Origin: Sulfurimonadaceae bacterium
GTDB lineage: Bacteria; Campylobacterota; Campylobacteria; Campylobacterales; Sulfurimonadaceae
Length of the DNA stretch: 36,162 bases
Reading direction: 5' to 3'
NCBI GenBank assembly: GCA_041571435.1
Contig: JBFFUI010000020.1
Location: 1 to 36,162 of the forward strand
The notes beneath the pieces are model-generated. The model was not told where the DNA came from, searched no databases, and worked only from the letters and a program-made list of their open reading frames with translations. The position numbers and the translations under genes are program-made. Each line of letters opens with the position of its first letter. Position 1 is the stretch's first letter. Shown here in pieces: positions 9,791 through 19,904 of this stretch.

Positions 9791-10534
9791 ATGAAAATCC
9801 GCCTGACCAAATCTTTTCTATACTCCCTTCTTTTACATGGAACCATTGTCTTGCTGGTTATTGCGCTTTATTTAGCGTCTCAGCCTGAAAAGAACGTGGC
9901 CGGGGAGAAGCGGTGCAAGGTGATGTTGACACAGGTCTGTGAGTGTCTGCCTGAGAAGAGGGTGGTCAAGCCTCCTGTCGTAGAGAAACAGACAAAGCCG
10001 CAGTCTAAGAAAAAGCAGGTCAAAAAAGAAGCGGTACCTGTTGTCAAAGAAGAATTTGTAGTTCAAAAACTGTCAGAGGTCGTGGATGAGGTGACCGAAG
10101 AAGAGGTCGCTCTTACGTCGGAGACCGTGGAGAACGAAGCGGTTGTGGATACGGAGGCGAAAGAGCTAATCGTCACGCCGGAGGTTCCGGTCGTCCTCTC
10201 ACCGGCCGCGCAGCAACCCATTGATGCTCCGCCGGCCGAAGAGATGACTCCCGAAGATGCCTATATCAAGGCCCATATTTCAGAGATCATGGCGCTGCTG
10301 AGAAAGAACCTCTACTACCCGCGTATGGCGAGGAAAAGGGGGATCGAAGGGAAAGTGCTGGTCCGTTTTGAACTCCTTCAAAACGGAGAGATCCGAAACA
10401 TCGAGGTGGTGGAATCGGAGCGTGATATCCTGGCCCGTGCAGCGGTGACGACGATAGAGCGACTGGAGGGAAAGTTTCCGCTTCCGGACGAGACTCTGGT
10501 TCTGAATGTACCGATAATGTATCAGCTTAATTAG
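9791..10534 (+). CDS. tonB: Energy transducer TonB family protein
   Basis: N-terminal TM with SLLLH motif, Lys/Glu/Pro-rich linker, C-terminal YYPRMARKRGIEGKVLVRF domain. ATG 9791 preferred over TTG 9770. Confidence 0.88.
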   Translation: MKIRLTKSFLYSLLLHGTIVLLVIALYLASQPEKNVAGEKRCKVMLTQVCECLPEKRVVKPPVVEKQTKPQSKKKQVKKEAVPVVKEEFVVQKLSEVVDEVTEEEVALTSETVENEAVVDTEAKELIVTPEVPVVLSPAAQQPIDAPPAEEMTPEDAYIKAHISEIMALLRKNLYYPRMARKRGIEGKVLVRFELLQNGEIRNIEVVESERDILARAAVTTIERLEGKFPLPDETLVLNVPIMYQLN

Positions 10535-10609
10535 CGCTACTAGGTCCGCTTAACACCATCCGAACCTAAGCTGACCTATAATGTCGCCAATACTTTAAAA
10601 GGACGAAAC

Positions 10610-11974
10610 GTGAGCATCTACAGAGAGTATGACATACGAGGGATTGTTGAGCAGGAGCTGAACGAAGACTCCGTCACAAAGATCGGTTATGCGTTGTCAA
10701 AGCATATCGACGGTGACTATGTGGCAGTCGGTTATGATGCGCGTTCACATTCGCCGGAACTGTTTGAGTACCTTGTAGCGGGGCTCAATGCCGGCGGCAA
10801 GACCGTATTGGGGATGGGCCTTGTCCCGACACCGGTCAACTATTTCACCAACTACCAGGCGTGGGACGGGCATACCCCCTCTGCCTCCATTATGATCACA
10901 GGCTCGCACAACCCGCCGGAGTACAACGGGCTTAAGATCACGGTCGACAAAGCGCCGTTCTTCAGCGAAGCGATCTATGCACTTGGACGCGAGGTCGAGA
11001 TGATGGACTTTCCGGGGAAAACGGAGCGCAAGGTCATCGAGATCGATGCACTCGGACGTTACAAAGCCTTTATGATCAACGAGTTCGCCCACCTCAAAGG
11101 GATGAAAGAGCGCATCGTCTATGACTGCGGAAACGGCGTCGCCGGCGTTTCGATCGTCGATATCTTTGCGGGGCTCGGTCTAAACGCCAAAGGCCTCTAC
11201 GTTGACCCGGACGGCACCTTTCCCAACCACCATCCGGACCCTTCCGATGAGCACAACCTCGACGATGTCAAAAAACTGCTCGAAGAGGAGGGAGATATCG
11301 CCTTCGCCTACGACGGCGATGCCGACCGGATCGCTGTGCTGACCCATAAAAACAACATCAAGGGTGACCAGATGGCGCTGCTCTATACCTTGAAGATGGA
11401 CCACCCGACTGTGATCGGCGAGGTGAAATGTTCGCAGGTGATGTACGATGAACTTGAAAGACGCGGTGCAACAGCGATCATGTACAAGACGGGCCACTCC
11501 AATCTGAAGGTGAAGATGCAAGAGACCAATGCCGACCTGGCCTGCGAAGTGAGCGGCCATATCTTCTTCAAGCACCGTTACTTCGGGTATGATGATGCGA
11601 TCTACGCGACCTTCCGAATGCTGGAGCTGATTCGAGATGGGATCGACCTTGATGCGGAGCTTGCCAAACTGCCGCAGGTCTTCTCGACCGAGGAGATCAA
11701 GGTACACACGACAGAGAAGGAGAAGTTCCCGTTGATGGAAGCGGTCAAAAAAGCATTGAAGAGACCGCCGTCAGATTTTCCTGCGATCAAAGATATCATC
11801 GAAGTCGACGGTGTCCGCGTGATCTTCGAGAAGGGTTGGGGACTGGTGCGTGCGAGTAACACCACGCCGGTACTGGTGACCCGCTTTGAATCGACGGACC
11901 CGGATGAGGCAAAACGCTATGAAACGGCGTTAAATGCTATAATTACGAAAGCAAAAGAGGAGATCACTAAATGA
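10610..11974 (+). CDS. Phosphomannomutase/phosphoglucomutase
   Basis: YREYDIRG, active site [13 protein letters not shown], metal loop [14 protein letters not shown]. Confidence 0.96.
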   Translation: MSIYREYDIRGIVEQELNEDSVTKIGYALSKHIDGDYVAVGYDARSHSPELFEYLVAGLNAGGKTVLGMGLVPTPVNYFTNYQAWDGHTPSASIMITGSHNPPEYNGLKITVDKAPFFSEAIYALGREVEMMDFPGKTERKVIEIDALGRYKAFMINEFAHLKGMKERIVYDCGNGVAGVSIVDIFAGLGLNAKGLYVDPDGTFPNHHPDPSDEHNLDDVKKLLEEEGDIAFAYDGDADRIAVLTHKNNIKGDQMALLYTLKMDHPTVIGEVKCSQVMYDELERRGATAIMYKTGHSNLKVKMQETNADLACEVSGHIFFKHRYFGYDDAIYATFRMLELIRDGIDLDAELAKLPQVFSTEEIKVHTTEKEKFPLMEAVKKALKRPPSDFPAIKDIIEVDGVRVIFEKGWGLVRASNTTPVLVTRFESTDPDEAKRYETALNAIITKAKEEITK

Positions 11975-13032
11975 AAACACATTCACTACTAATGCCTTTG
12001 GACATGCACCTTCACCTGCGTGACGGCGAGATGCTTCAAAATGTCGCAAAACTCACGTCTTACACCTTTTCAGGTGCGGTGGTCATGCCAAACCTGGTAC
12101 CGCCTGTGAAGACAAAAGAGCAGGTTATCGCCTACAAAGAGCGTATCATGCTCGCCTGCGGCCTGGAACTGCAGGAAGATGAGTTTGATGAGTTCTTTGA
12201 CGACGAAGGTATCGGCGGTGGCGATTTTGAGCCTTTTATGACACTCTTTTATGACAATTATGACGAAGATTTCCTCGATGATGTACGCGATGAGATCTTT
12301 GGGATCAAACTCTATCCGGCAGGGATCACGACCAACTCTGAAGGGGGTGTCACGGCCTTTGACATAGAGCAGATGCGCCCGACACTCGAAGCGATGGCCA
12401 GAATGGATATCCCGCTGCTGATACACGGTGAGACCGACGGCTTCGTCATGGACAGAGAAGCGGAGTTTATGAGTATTTATGAACTGCTTGCGATGAACTT
12501 TCCCGATCTGAAGATCGTCATGGAACACATCACGACGAAAGCGGCCGTTGAGATGTTGGACAAATACCCCAACCTCTATGCGACGATCACGATCCATCAC
12601 CTCCTGATCACACTCGATGATGTCGCCGGCGGTATGATGCAGCCGCATCTCTTCTGCAAACCGATTGCCAAACGCCCTGAAGACCGAGAAGCCCTTTTAC
12701 AGGTAGCACTTGATGCGCACCCGAAAGTGATGTTCGGTTCAGACTCTGCGCCGCATCCGCAACATGCCAAAGAGGCGTGCGGTTGTGCTGCGGGTGTCTT
12801 CACGGCACCGATAGCACTCCAGCTGCTTTGTGAGCTTTTTGACAAGCACGGCAAACTCGACAACCTGCAAAGCTTTGTGTCGGACAACGCCCAGAGCATA
12901 TACGGGATCTGCCCGGAGTTCAAAGAGGTCGTTCTTGAGGAGAAACCTTTTACCGTCCCCGCCAAATATGGCGAAGTGGTGCCGATGTATGCCGGTAAGA
13001 CTATTGGCTGGAGCATTGAAGACGTACTCTAG
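11971..13032 (+). CDS. pyrC: Dihydroorotase (homodimeric, E. coli type)
   Basis: [47 protein letters not shown]. Confidence 0.97.
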   Translation: MKTHSLLMPLDMHLHLRDGEMLQNVAKLTSYTFSGAVVMPNLVPPVKTKEQVIAYKERIMLACGLELQEDEFDEFFDDEGIGGGDFEPFMTLFYDNYDEDFLDDVRDEIFGIKLYPAGITTNSEGGVTAFDIEQMRPTLEAMARMDIPLLIHGETDGFVMDREAEFMSIYELLAMNFPDLKIVMEHITTKAAVEMLDKYPNLYATITIHHLLITLDDVAGGMMQPHLFCKPIAKRPEDREALLQVALDAHPKVMFGSDSAPHPQHAKEACGCAAGVFTAPIALQLLCELFDKHGKLDNLQSFVSDNAQSIYGICPEFKEVVLEEKPFTVPAKYGEVVPMYAGKTIGWSIEDVL

Positions 13033-13106
13033 AGAGGATCAGCGCGCGACGCTATTTACCAGCAGCGGTCATCCGCGGTCATATCGAATCGGCAAGGAGG
13101 TCGTTT

Positions 13107-13760
13107 GTGTCTAATATCCTACTGCTCGAAGATGATCTGCTCTTAGGTGAGACCCTTGAGGACCTGCTCGATGAAGAGGGGTATGCACTGACCTGGTGCA
13201 AGAACGGGCAAGAAGCGCTGGACGCCTCTTTCAATACGAATTTTGATCTCTATCTTTTCGACATCAATGTCCCACTGATCAACGGGCTGACACTGCTGGA
13301 TGAACTGCGCAGTGCCGATGATATGACACCTGCCATCTACCTCACCTCCCATCAGGAAAAGTCTGTCATGCAGGAGGGGTTTGAAAACGGGGCGGATGAC
13401 TATATAAAAAAGCCCTTTGACAGCGATGAACTTCTGTTGCGTATCCGGGCGCTGCTCAGACGGACGCAGTCGCGGACAAAGGCGTGCATCGGATCGCTCT
13501 GTATCGATCCCGACCGATTCGTTATCTATGAGAACAACGAGGAGTTGAACCTCTCGAAAAAAGAGTATACGCTGCTCTCCCTTTTAATGGAGAGCGGGGG
13601 AAAGACGGTCTCCAAAGAGATGATCATCGATGCTCTCTGGCCGCATAATGCCAGTGTCAGTGACGGCTCGATCCGTGTCCTGATCAATCGTCTAAAGCAG
13701 GAACTTTCATCGGCAGAGATCCAAAATGTCCGTGGCATAGGGTACCGTCTTGTTCCGTAA
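13107..13760 (+). CDS. OmpR-family response regulator
   Basis: Receiver (LLEDD, FDINVP, GADDYIKKPF) plus winged helix (RVLINRLK, NVRGIGY); GTG start with AAGGAGG RBS. Confidence 0.95.
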   Translation: MSNILLLEDDLLLGETLEDLLDEEGYALTWCKNGQEALDASFNTNFDLYLFDINVPLINGLTLLDELRSADDMTPAIYLTSHQEKSVMQEGFENGADDYIKKPFDSDELLLRIRALLRRTQSRTKACIGSLCIDPDRFVIYENNEELNLSKKEYTLLSLLMESGGKTVSKEMIIDALWPHNASVSDGSIRVLINRLKQELSSAEIQNVRGIGYRLVP

Positions 13761-14574
13761 CGTTCAGATCACGATCTTTCTCTTTTTTGTTATAACGACA
13801 ACCCTGATCATCACGCTTTTTTACGCTCTGCAGGAGACTGTAGCCCTGCCTTACCTGATTGCTATCACCCTCTCTCTGGTGCTCCTTGCGGGGGTGGCGA
13901 TCGCAAAGTTGTCGATCGAGCCGCTGCGCGAGCACTTTAATCAGTTGGAACATTTCTCCAAGGAGATACTGCATGAGCTGAACCTGCCGATCAACACGAT
14001 CATGACCAACAGCGCTATGTTGAAAAAGAAGATAGAGGACGAACGTGCGCTTAAGCGGTTTTCGCGTATTGAGGCTGCCTGCGGGATGCTTCAGGAACGC
14101 TACAAAGAACTGGATTATCTGATCAAAAAGCAGATGCAGCATGAACAGATCGAAGTGTTTGATGTACGCGAGTTGATCATAGAACGTTTGAAGTTACTCA
14201 AACCGCTCTACAGTCATGCCTCCTTCACAGAGGATTTAGAAACGATTAGTGTAAATATCGATAGAATAGGCTTAGCAAAAGTGATCGACAACATTATAGA
14301 CAACAGTGTAAAGTATTCGCCGCACAATGCGGAGATCATAATCATGATCCGTGATAATAAACTTACGATCAGCGACAAGGGTCAGGGGATGGATGAGGTC
14401 GAGGTCTTTCAGATCTTTGACCGCTACTATCAGAGCGATGAGGATGCGCTCGGTTTCGGTATCGGACTAGGTCTGGTCAAAAATTATTGTGACCGATACA
14501 AGATAAAACTGCATGTGGACTCTAAAAAGGGTGAAGGCACCACAATGCAGCTAGATTTTTCAGGAGTGGTGTAG
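13750..14574 (+). CDS. Short sensor histidine kinase with two TM helices
   Basis: H-box ILHELNLPI, NSVKYS, DKGQGM, IFDRYY, GFGIGLGLV. Confidence 0.93.
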   Translation: MFRNVQITIFLFFVITTTLIITLFYALQETVALPYLIAITLSLVLLAGVAIAKLSIEPLREHFNQLEHFSKEILHELNLPINTIMTNSAMLKKKIEDERALKRFSRIEAACGMLQERYKELDYLIKKQMQHEQIEVFDVRELIIERLKLLKPLYSHASFTEDLETISVNIDRIGLAKVIDNIIDNSVKYSPHNAEIIIMIRDNKLTISDKGQGMDEVEVFQIFDRYYQSDEDALGFGIGLGLVKNYCDRYKIKLHVDSKKGEGTTMQLDFSGVV

Positions 14575-15036
14575 ATGGATTCAATGGCGTGGTTGGAGTT
14601 GGCAGAAGAGGCACTTGATTATGGTGTCATGGGGACACTGTTGGTGATGAGTGTGGTCGCATTATGGCTCTTTATCGAGCGGATGATGTTTTACAAGAGC
14701 ATCAGGCTTGAAGAGTATGATAACAAAGAGCTGCTGGAGATCGATCTGACCGACAACCTCTCTGCCCTTTCAACGATCGGCGCGAATGCTCCCTATGTCG
14801 GACTGATCGGAACGATCCTGGGGATCATGATCACCTTTTACAGCCTAGGTGAGGTCGGTTCGGTTGATACCAAAAAAGTGATGACCGGACTTGCGCTTGC
14901 ACTGAAAGCAACCGCGTTCGGTATTATTGTCGCGATACCGGCGATCATCTTCTACTCTACGGCAATGCGTAAAGTAGAGCGTCTGAGCGCTGTGTGGGAT
15001 GCAAAGTTCTCAAAGAAAGAGACGGATGCGGAATGA
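14575..15036 (+). CDS. exbB: TonB-system energizer ExbB
   Basis: TIGANAPYVGLIGTILGIMITF and ALKATAFGIIVAIPA of the MotA/TolQ/ExbB family. Confidence 0.95.
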   Translation: MDSMAWLELAEEALDYGVMGTLLVMSVVALWLFIERMMFYKSIRLEEYDNKELLEIDLTDNLSALSTIGANAPYVGLIGTILGIMITFYSLGEVGSVDTKKVMTGLALALKATAFGIIVAIPAIIFYSTAMRKVERLSAVWDAKFSKKETDAE

Positions 15037-15413
15037 AGCAGCGTAAAAAGTTCGATCAGATCAATGTTATTCCGCTGATCGACATTTTGCTGGTACTGCT
15101 GGTCATGGTCATCACGACGGCTACCTTTATCAAGCAGGGTATTTTGCCGATCGAACTTCCCGATGCCAAAGCGTCCGACAAAAAAGAGGACCAAAAAGAG
15201 TTTGATATCTACATCACCAAAGAGGGCAAGTATCATCTCGACAAAAAAGAGATCTCTGTCGAGGAACTCGAAGCCCGACTCAGCGAGATCTCAAAAGAGC
15301 AGACGGTCGTCCTGCGCTCTGACAAAGAGGCGAACTTTCAGCACTTTGTCACTGTAATGGATATATTGAAAAAGCTGGAACATAAACAGCTCTATATCGT
15401 TACGAAAGAGTAA
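15033..15413 (+). CDS. exbD: Biopolymer transport protein ExbD
   Basis: INVIPLIDILLVLL TM segment with the conserved Asp; ATG overlaps the exbB stop (ATGA). Confidence 0.95.
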   Translation: MKQRKKFDQINVIPLIDILLVLLVMVITTATFIKQGILPIELPDAKASDKKEDQKEFDIYITKEGKYHLDKKEISVEELEARLSEISKEQTVVLRSDKEANFQHFVTVMDILKKLEHKQLYIVTKE

Positions 15414-15415
15414 CA

Positions 15416-17395
15416 ATGTTACGGGGGCTCTTTAATCCGGCAATAGAGATGCTGAAAAGAGTCCCTCCGAATACCAAAAACCCGCTCCTTCTTTCGGGCG
15501 CTGTCCTTCTCATCTTCGGTTTTAGTTTTCACACCCTGCATTACGGCCTTTCAGGTACGGTCTATCTTGACCTTCTTCTCTTCTTTTTACTGCTATGGGT
15601 CTACTTTTACACCGCCAATATGTACGGCATAAAAGAGAGTATCGTCAAACTCAAAGAGACGCTGGATAAGGTGTCGCACGGTGCATACGGTACGCGTATA
15701 GGTGACCTTCGGGCAAGCGAGTTTGATCTGCTCATCCAGGATGGTAACCAGACACTGCGCTCGCTGGAGAAGAACAGTACCTTTTTAAAGGAGTACAAGC
15801 GGGTGGTCGATGCCAGTTCACCGCTTGTCAAAACGGATATTGACGGCAACATCACCTATGTCAATAAAGCGTATGAGGCACTCAGCGGCTACAGCATGGA
15901 AGAGCTGATCGGTCAGTCACACGCGCTTGTCCGTTCGGAGAACACCAGCGACGAATACCTGGAACAGTTCTGGAGAACGATCTTGAACAAAGAGGTCTTT
16001 AAAGGGGAGTTTCAAAACATCGACAGCAGCGGTAAGCGTTTTGTTGTCGAAGCAACGGTGGTACCGATCCTTGATGAGAAAGGTGATATCCATGAGTTTA
16101 TCTCCATCATGTTTGACATCACGGCCAGAAAAGAGCAGGAGCAAAAACTTGAACGCCAGTTGTATATCGACTCCATGACCGGACTGCCGAACAGAACGGC
16201 ACTGCATGAGGCGATCGAGCAGCATGACAGCCAGAAACTGATGTTGATCAATATCGATGATTTCAACACCGTAAACACGATATACGGTGAAAATATCGGA
16301 AATTTGCTGATTGTCGAGTTCTCAAAGGAACTTCAGAAGATGCTCGCCAATGAGAACATGACGCTCTTTCGTCACAGCGGCGATGAGTTCGCCGTTCTGG
16401 CAAACGAAAAGGTGCCCGTAGAATTTTTCAGAGAAGATACAATCCTGATGGCACACCAGCTCAACCCTATTGATCTGCAATGCGGGGTGCATGCCATTAC
16501 CGTACGTGCGCGCATCGGTGCGGCACAGAGCTCCAAGAGCGGAAACCCGCGCTCTTTGGTCTCGATGGCGTCACTGGCGCTGCGTGAAGCCAAAAAGTCA
16601 AAGCAGGCCTATTCGTTTTACTCGGAAGTCGTCGACAACATCTTGCATCTGGAACAGAACCTCTTGACACTGGAGATGCTGGAATCGGCGTTTAAACTCG
16701 AAAACGTTGAGGTCCATTTCCAGGCTATCGCCAACCTGAAGATGCATGAAGTCGAGAAGTTTGAAGCCCTGGTGCGCATTGTTGACGAGGATGGAAAAAC
16801 ACACTATCCCAGTGAGTTTATTTCGATTGCAAAAGGTGCACGGCTCTACAGTAAGCTCTCAAAAGAGGTCTTTAGACAGACCCTGACGGCTGCCCGAAAT
16901 AACCCTGGATATGAGTTCTCTTTTAATATTGAGATGGCTGATATCCTTGATCCAAGGACCCGCCGGTACATCTTGCATGAGCTGCGCGAGTCAAACTGTG
17001 CGGAACGGATGGTCTTTGAGCTGGTGGAGTCTGAGGAGCTTGAAGGCAATGAACAGGTCTATCACTTTTTTACACTTATCAAAGAGGAGGGTGCCAAGAT
17101 CGCGATTGATGATTTCGGAAGCGGATACTCGAACTACGCCTACCTGATGAAACTGGGTGTCGATATCGTAAAGATCGACGGCTCTCTCGTCGCAGATATT
17201 ACCTCAAACCACAACAACAAGCGGATTGTGAAGTCCATCATCAACATCATCCATGACCTCGGCATGAAAGTGGTTACGGAGTTCGTCGAGGATAAAGAGA
17301 CCTATCAGACAGTGTTGCTTCTGGGTGCGGATTATGCCCAGGGGCACTATATCGAAAAAGCGACGGGTATCGATGTCAAAACACTGCTGCATTAA
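15416..17395 (+). CDS. Membrane-bound PAS-GGDEF-EAL c-di-GMP protein
   Basis: Two N-terminal TMs, PAS/PAC (ITYVNKAY...GYSMEELIG), SGDEF variant, intact EAL motifs FEALVR, DDFGSGYS, VKIDGS, QG. Confidence 0.93.
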   Translation: MLRGLFNPAIEMLKRVPPNTKNPLLLSGAVLLIFGFSFHTLHYGLSGTVYLDLLLFFLLLWVYFYTANMYGIKESIVKLKETLDKVSHGAYGTRIGDLRASEFDLLIQDGNQTLRSLEKNSTFLKEYKRVVDASSPLVKTDIDGNITYVNKAYEALSGYSMEELIGQSHALVRSENTSDEYLEQFWRTILNKEVFKGEFQNIDSSGKRFVVEATVVPILDEKGDIHEFISIMFDITARKEQEQKLERQLYIDSMTGLPNRTALHEAIEQHDSQKLMLINIDDFNTVNTIYGENIGNLLIVEFSKELQKMLANENMTLFRHSGDEFAVLANEKVPVEFFREDTILMAHQLNPIDLQCGVHAITVRARIGAAQSSKSGNPRSLVSMASLALREAKKSKQAYSFYSEVVDNILHLEQNLLTLEMLESAFKLENVEVHFQAIANLKMHEVEKFEALVRIVDEDGKTHYPSEFISIAKGARLYSKLSKEVFRQTLTAARNNPGYEFSFNIEMADILDPRTRRYILHELRESNCAERMVFELVESEELEGNEQVYHFFTLIKEEGAKIAIDDFGSGYSNYAYLMKLGVDIVKIDGSLVADITSNHNNKRIVKSIINIIHDLGMKVVTEFVEDKETYQTVLLLGADYAQGHYIEKATGIDVKTLLH

Positions 17396-17413
17396 CGTGT
17401 AGGACGATCAGAA

Positions 17414-18100
17414 GTGATGCGATTGATTATGGTAATCTTTGCGCTGTTTTTAACGGCAGATGCGGACGACTGGTCACTGACTAAAGAGAAGAATGGTGTC
17501 TCCGTCTACGTTCGTGAAATAGCCGGCTCGGATTTTTTGGAGTTTCGGGGCGAGACCGTGGTGGAGGGGAGCGTTTCGAGCTTGGTCGCGCTTTTGTATG
17601 ACACGCCGAATGCACCTGCGTGGCTGCATGATTGCAGCTTTTCGATGAGTGTGGAGGAGAAGGCGTTCGAGGACAACGTTATTTTTCAGACCTATGACCT
17701 TCCATTTCCAGCCGGTGATCGACAGGTCATCCTACAGACAAAACTTGTATGGACCCCGAAAGGTGCACGGTTAGAGACGCAGGAAGCCAATAGTTATTGC
17801 GATGGTCGTCTGACAGAGCGATGCAAAAGTGTACGAAAATCCGGCTCTATCACGATGGAGCGTTCCCGCGGTGCCTATACCTTTACACCGCTCAATGAAA
17901 AAAGAACGAAGGTCGTCTGGCAGCAGCATGTGGAACCCGGTGGGATGATCCCTGCCTGGTTAGCCAATACCCTGGTCGTTGATCTCCCTTATAATTCCCT
18001 GCAGCAGCTGCGATCCCTGGTAAGAGATGAAAAGTATCGCGATATGTCAGAAACGCAATTGAGAGCGATGTGGTTAAAACAGTACCAGCGGTATCATTGA
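17414..18100 (+). CDS. Exported START/SRPBCC-domain (lipid-binding) protein
   Basis: Signal peptide, WSLTKEKNGVSVY, LPFPAGDR, EPGGMIPAWLAN. Confidence 0.85.
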   Translation: MMRLIMVIFALFLTADADDWSLTKEKNGVSVYVREIAGSDFLEFRGETVVEGSVSSLVALLYDTPNAPAWLHDCSFSMSVEEKAFEDNVIFQTYDLPFPAGDRQVILQTKLVWTPKGARLETQEANSYCDGRLTERCKSVRKSGSITMERSRGAYTFTPLNEKRTKVVWQQHVEPGGMIPAWLANTLVVDLPYNSLQQLRSLVRDEKYRDMSETQLRAMWLKQYQRYH

Positions 18101-18109
18101 AGGGATAAG

Positions 18110-18697
18110 ATGAAATGGCGAATGACCTATAACAATGTAAACGGAGCAGCGTGTTCTGCACGCGGTATCGCACACCGGGAGACAAGAGAGGAACTTGAGA
18201 GTTTGGCCAAAGCGCTTGAAGGCAAGATCGAAAACGTTATAATCGAACGCAATAAAACCTACACGCAAAAGGAGAAGCAGATGGCCATAAAGACCCCTTA
18301 TATCACGGCTGACGGCATTGTTGAGATCTATATCGATGAGGTCTTCAAAGGTATTGTCCTCATTGAACGTCTGAACCCGCCTCACGGTACGGCGCTTCCG
18401 GGTGGTTTTATGGATATCGGTGAGACGATCGAGCAGTGTCTGAAACGGGAGATGTCCGAAGAGATCGGTCTGGATGTCGAGATCGAACGGCTGCTGGGAC
18501 TCTACTCCGACCCCTCAAGAGACCCGCGCTTTCATACCGTATCGGCCGTCTATGTCTGCAGGGCTGATGCGCTGCCCAAAGCGGGGGACGATGCGAAAAG
18601 TACAAAGGTCGTTGCCCTGGAGGATCTTGAACAGGAACACTTTGTGTTTGATCATGGAAATATCATAGAGGATTATCTGGCGACAAAGTCCCAATAA
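18110..18697 (+). CDS. NUDIX hydrolase (ADP-ribose pyrophosphatase-like); alternative start at 18281
   Basis: Nudix box PGGFMDIGETIEQCLKREMSEEIGL, SDPSRDPRFH, AGDDA, FDH. Confidence 0.9.
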   Translation: MKWRMTYNNVNGAACSARGIAHRETREELESLAKALEGKIENVIIERNKTYTQKEKQMAIKTPYITADGIVEIYIDEVFKGIVLIERLNPPHGTALPGGFMDIGETIEQCLKREMSEEIGLDVEIERLLGLYSDPSRDPRFHTVSAVYVCRADALPKAGDDAKSTKVVALEDLEQEHFVFDHGNIIEDYLATKSQ

Positions 18698-18740
18698 GGT
18701 ACCAAAAACCGAAAAGTCACTGCTATCGGCTTAGGGCCGG

Positions 18741-19283
18741 TTACGGGCGTATAAAAACAGTTCGGCCGGAGTAGAGCAGTGTCAAACCGTCGGCCAGGAA
18801 AGTGGCCGCAAGCCAGAGACCGACCTGATTGTCGGTCAGACTGTTAAGGTTCGAAAGAATATAGAAAGCAAAAAAGAGATTCAAAAGAGCATGGGCTCCC
18901 CAGACAAACGCGGTTGAGTCCCGGCGGGTGAGATAGGCAAAAGCAGCACTGTTCAGGGCACCGATAATAAAGAAAAGACCGATGACAAGAGCTATAGAAG
19001 GCAGACTGGAGAGGTCGAAGAGCAAGAAGAGTGCTCCGACAGACAAAAGGGTCAGTGCTTTGGACCAGCTCGCAGGCGTATGGGGATTGATCTTTGCCGT
19101 TTGATAGAGCGAAAAGAGGCCTAGAATGCTCAACGCAGTACCCAGTTTAATGTTTATGGCGAGTGGTGAGAAGAGTGTATAGACTGCGATGACAAAACTG
19201 GCGATGATAAAAACAGCGCCTAACCATCTGCTTTTAGATTCATAGTCATTGCTCAAACCATCGTTAATAATTTTAATCCACAA
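18741..19283 (-). CDS. Multi-pass membrane protein, HdeD/DUF308-like
   Basis: About six hydrophobic helices in 180 aa; family assignment is tentative. Confidence 0.65.
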   Translation of the reverse strand: MWIKIINDGLSNDYESKSRWLGAVFIIASFVIAVYTLFSPLAINIKLGTALSILGLFSLYQTAKINPHTPASWSKALTLLSVGALFLLFDLSSLPSIALVIGLFFIIGALNSAAFAYLTRRDSTAFVWGAHALLNLFFAFYILSNLNSLTDNQVGLWLAATFLADGLTLLYSGRTVFIRP

Positions 19284-19381
19284 GAAATAACCTTATATTA
19301 TAAAAACTTATATATTGAGATGGAAATATTACGAAAATATAGTTAGAGAGAGATTAAAAAAAAGAAGTAACTTTAGTTGTT

Positions 19382-19882
19382 CTAATAGATTTTTCCGAAA
19401 TGGTCGATGCAGGTGAGGTAGAGGCGGGTATCGAACTCCAGTTGGTGGTAGTCGGGTTCCATGTAGGTGCAGAGTTTGTAAAAGGCCTTGTTATGCTCTT
19501 TCTCTTTGAAGTGGGCCAGTTCGTGGACAATGATCATCCGTAAAAAGGGTTCGGGGACATTCTTGAACACCGATGCGACGCGAATCTCATTTTTGTTTTT
19601 GAGTTTGGAACCCTGAACACGCGAGGCAAAGGTGTGCATGCCGAGTGCGTTGTTGATGACATGGATTTTGCCGTCATAGATCACCTTGTTGATGGGCTGG
19701 CTCTTCTTCAGATAGCTGTTTTTGATCGCAAGGGTATAGTCATAGAGGTTTTTGTCCGTTTTGTAGTTATGGCCCGTGGGGTATTTTTGCAGCAGGATAT
19801 CCGGTAACTTCTCTGTTCGTATCAAAGTGATGACCTGCTCTTTGATCGTCTGATTGTAGTGTTCGAGGTATTTTAGTTGCAA
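19382..19882 (-). CDS. YgjP/DUF45-like zinc metallopeptidase-domain protein
   Basis: HELAH (HExxH) followed by EKEHNKAFY; SRVQGSKLKNKNEIR segment typical of YgjP. Confidence 0.88.
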   Translation of the reverse strand: MQLKYLEHYNQTIKEQVITLIRTEKLPDILLQKYPTGHNYKTDKNLYDYTLAIKNSYLKKSQPINKVIYDGKIHVINNALGMHTFASRVQGSKLKNKNEIRVASVFKNVPEPFLRMIIVHELAHFKEKEHNKAFYKLCTYMEPDYHQLEFDTRLYLTCIDHFGKIY

Positions 19883-19904
19883 AGGGGTTATAAAAAGAGC
19901 CGGA

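Noticed and set aside
13033-13106. GC-rich spacer with a GCGGTCAT direct repeat, considered as a riboswitch
   Set aside because: No match to any riboswitch core I recognise; too little evidence.
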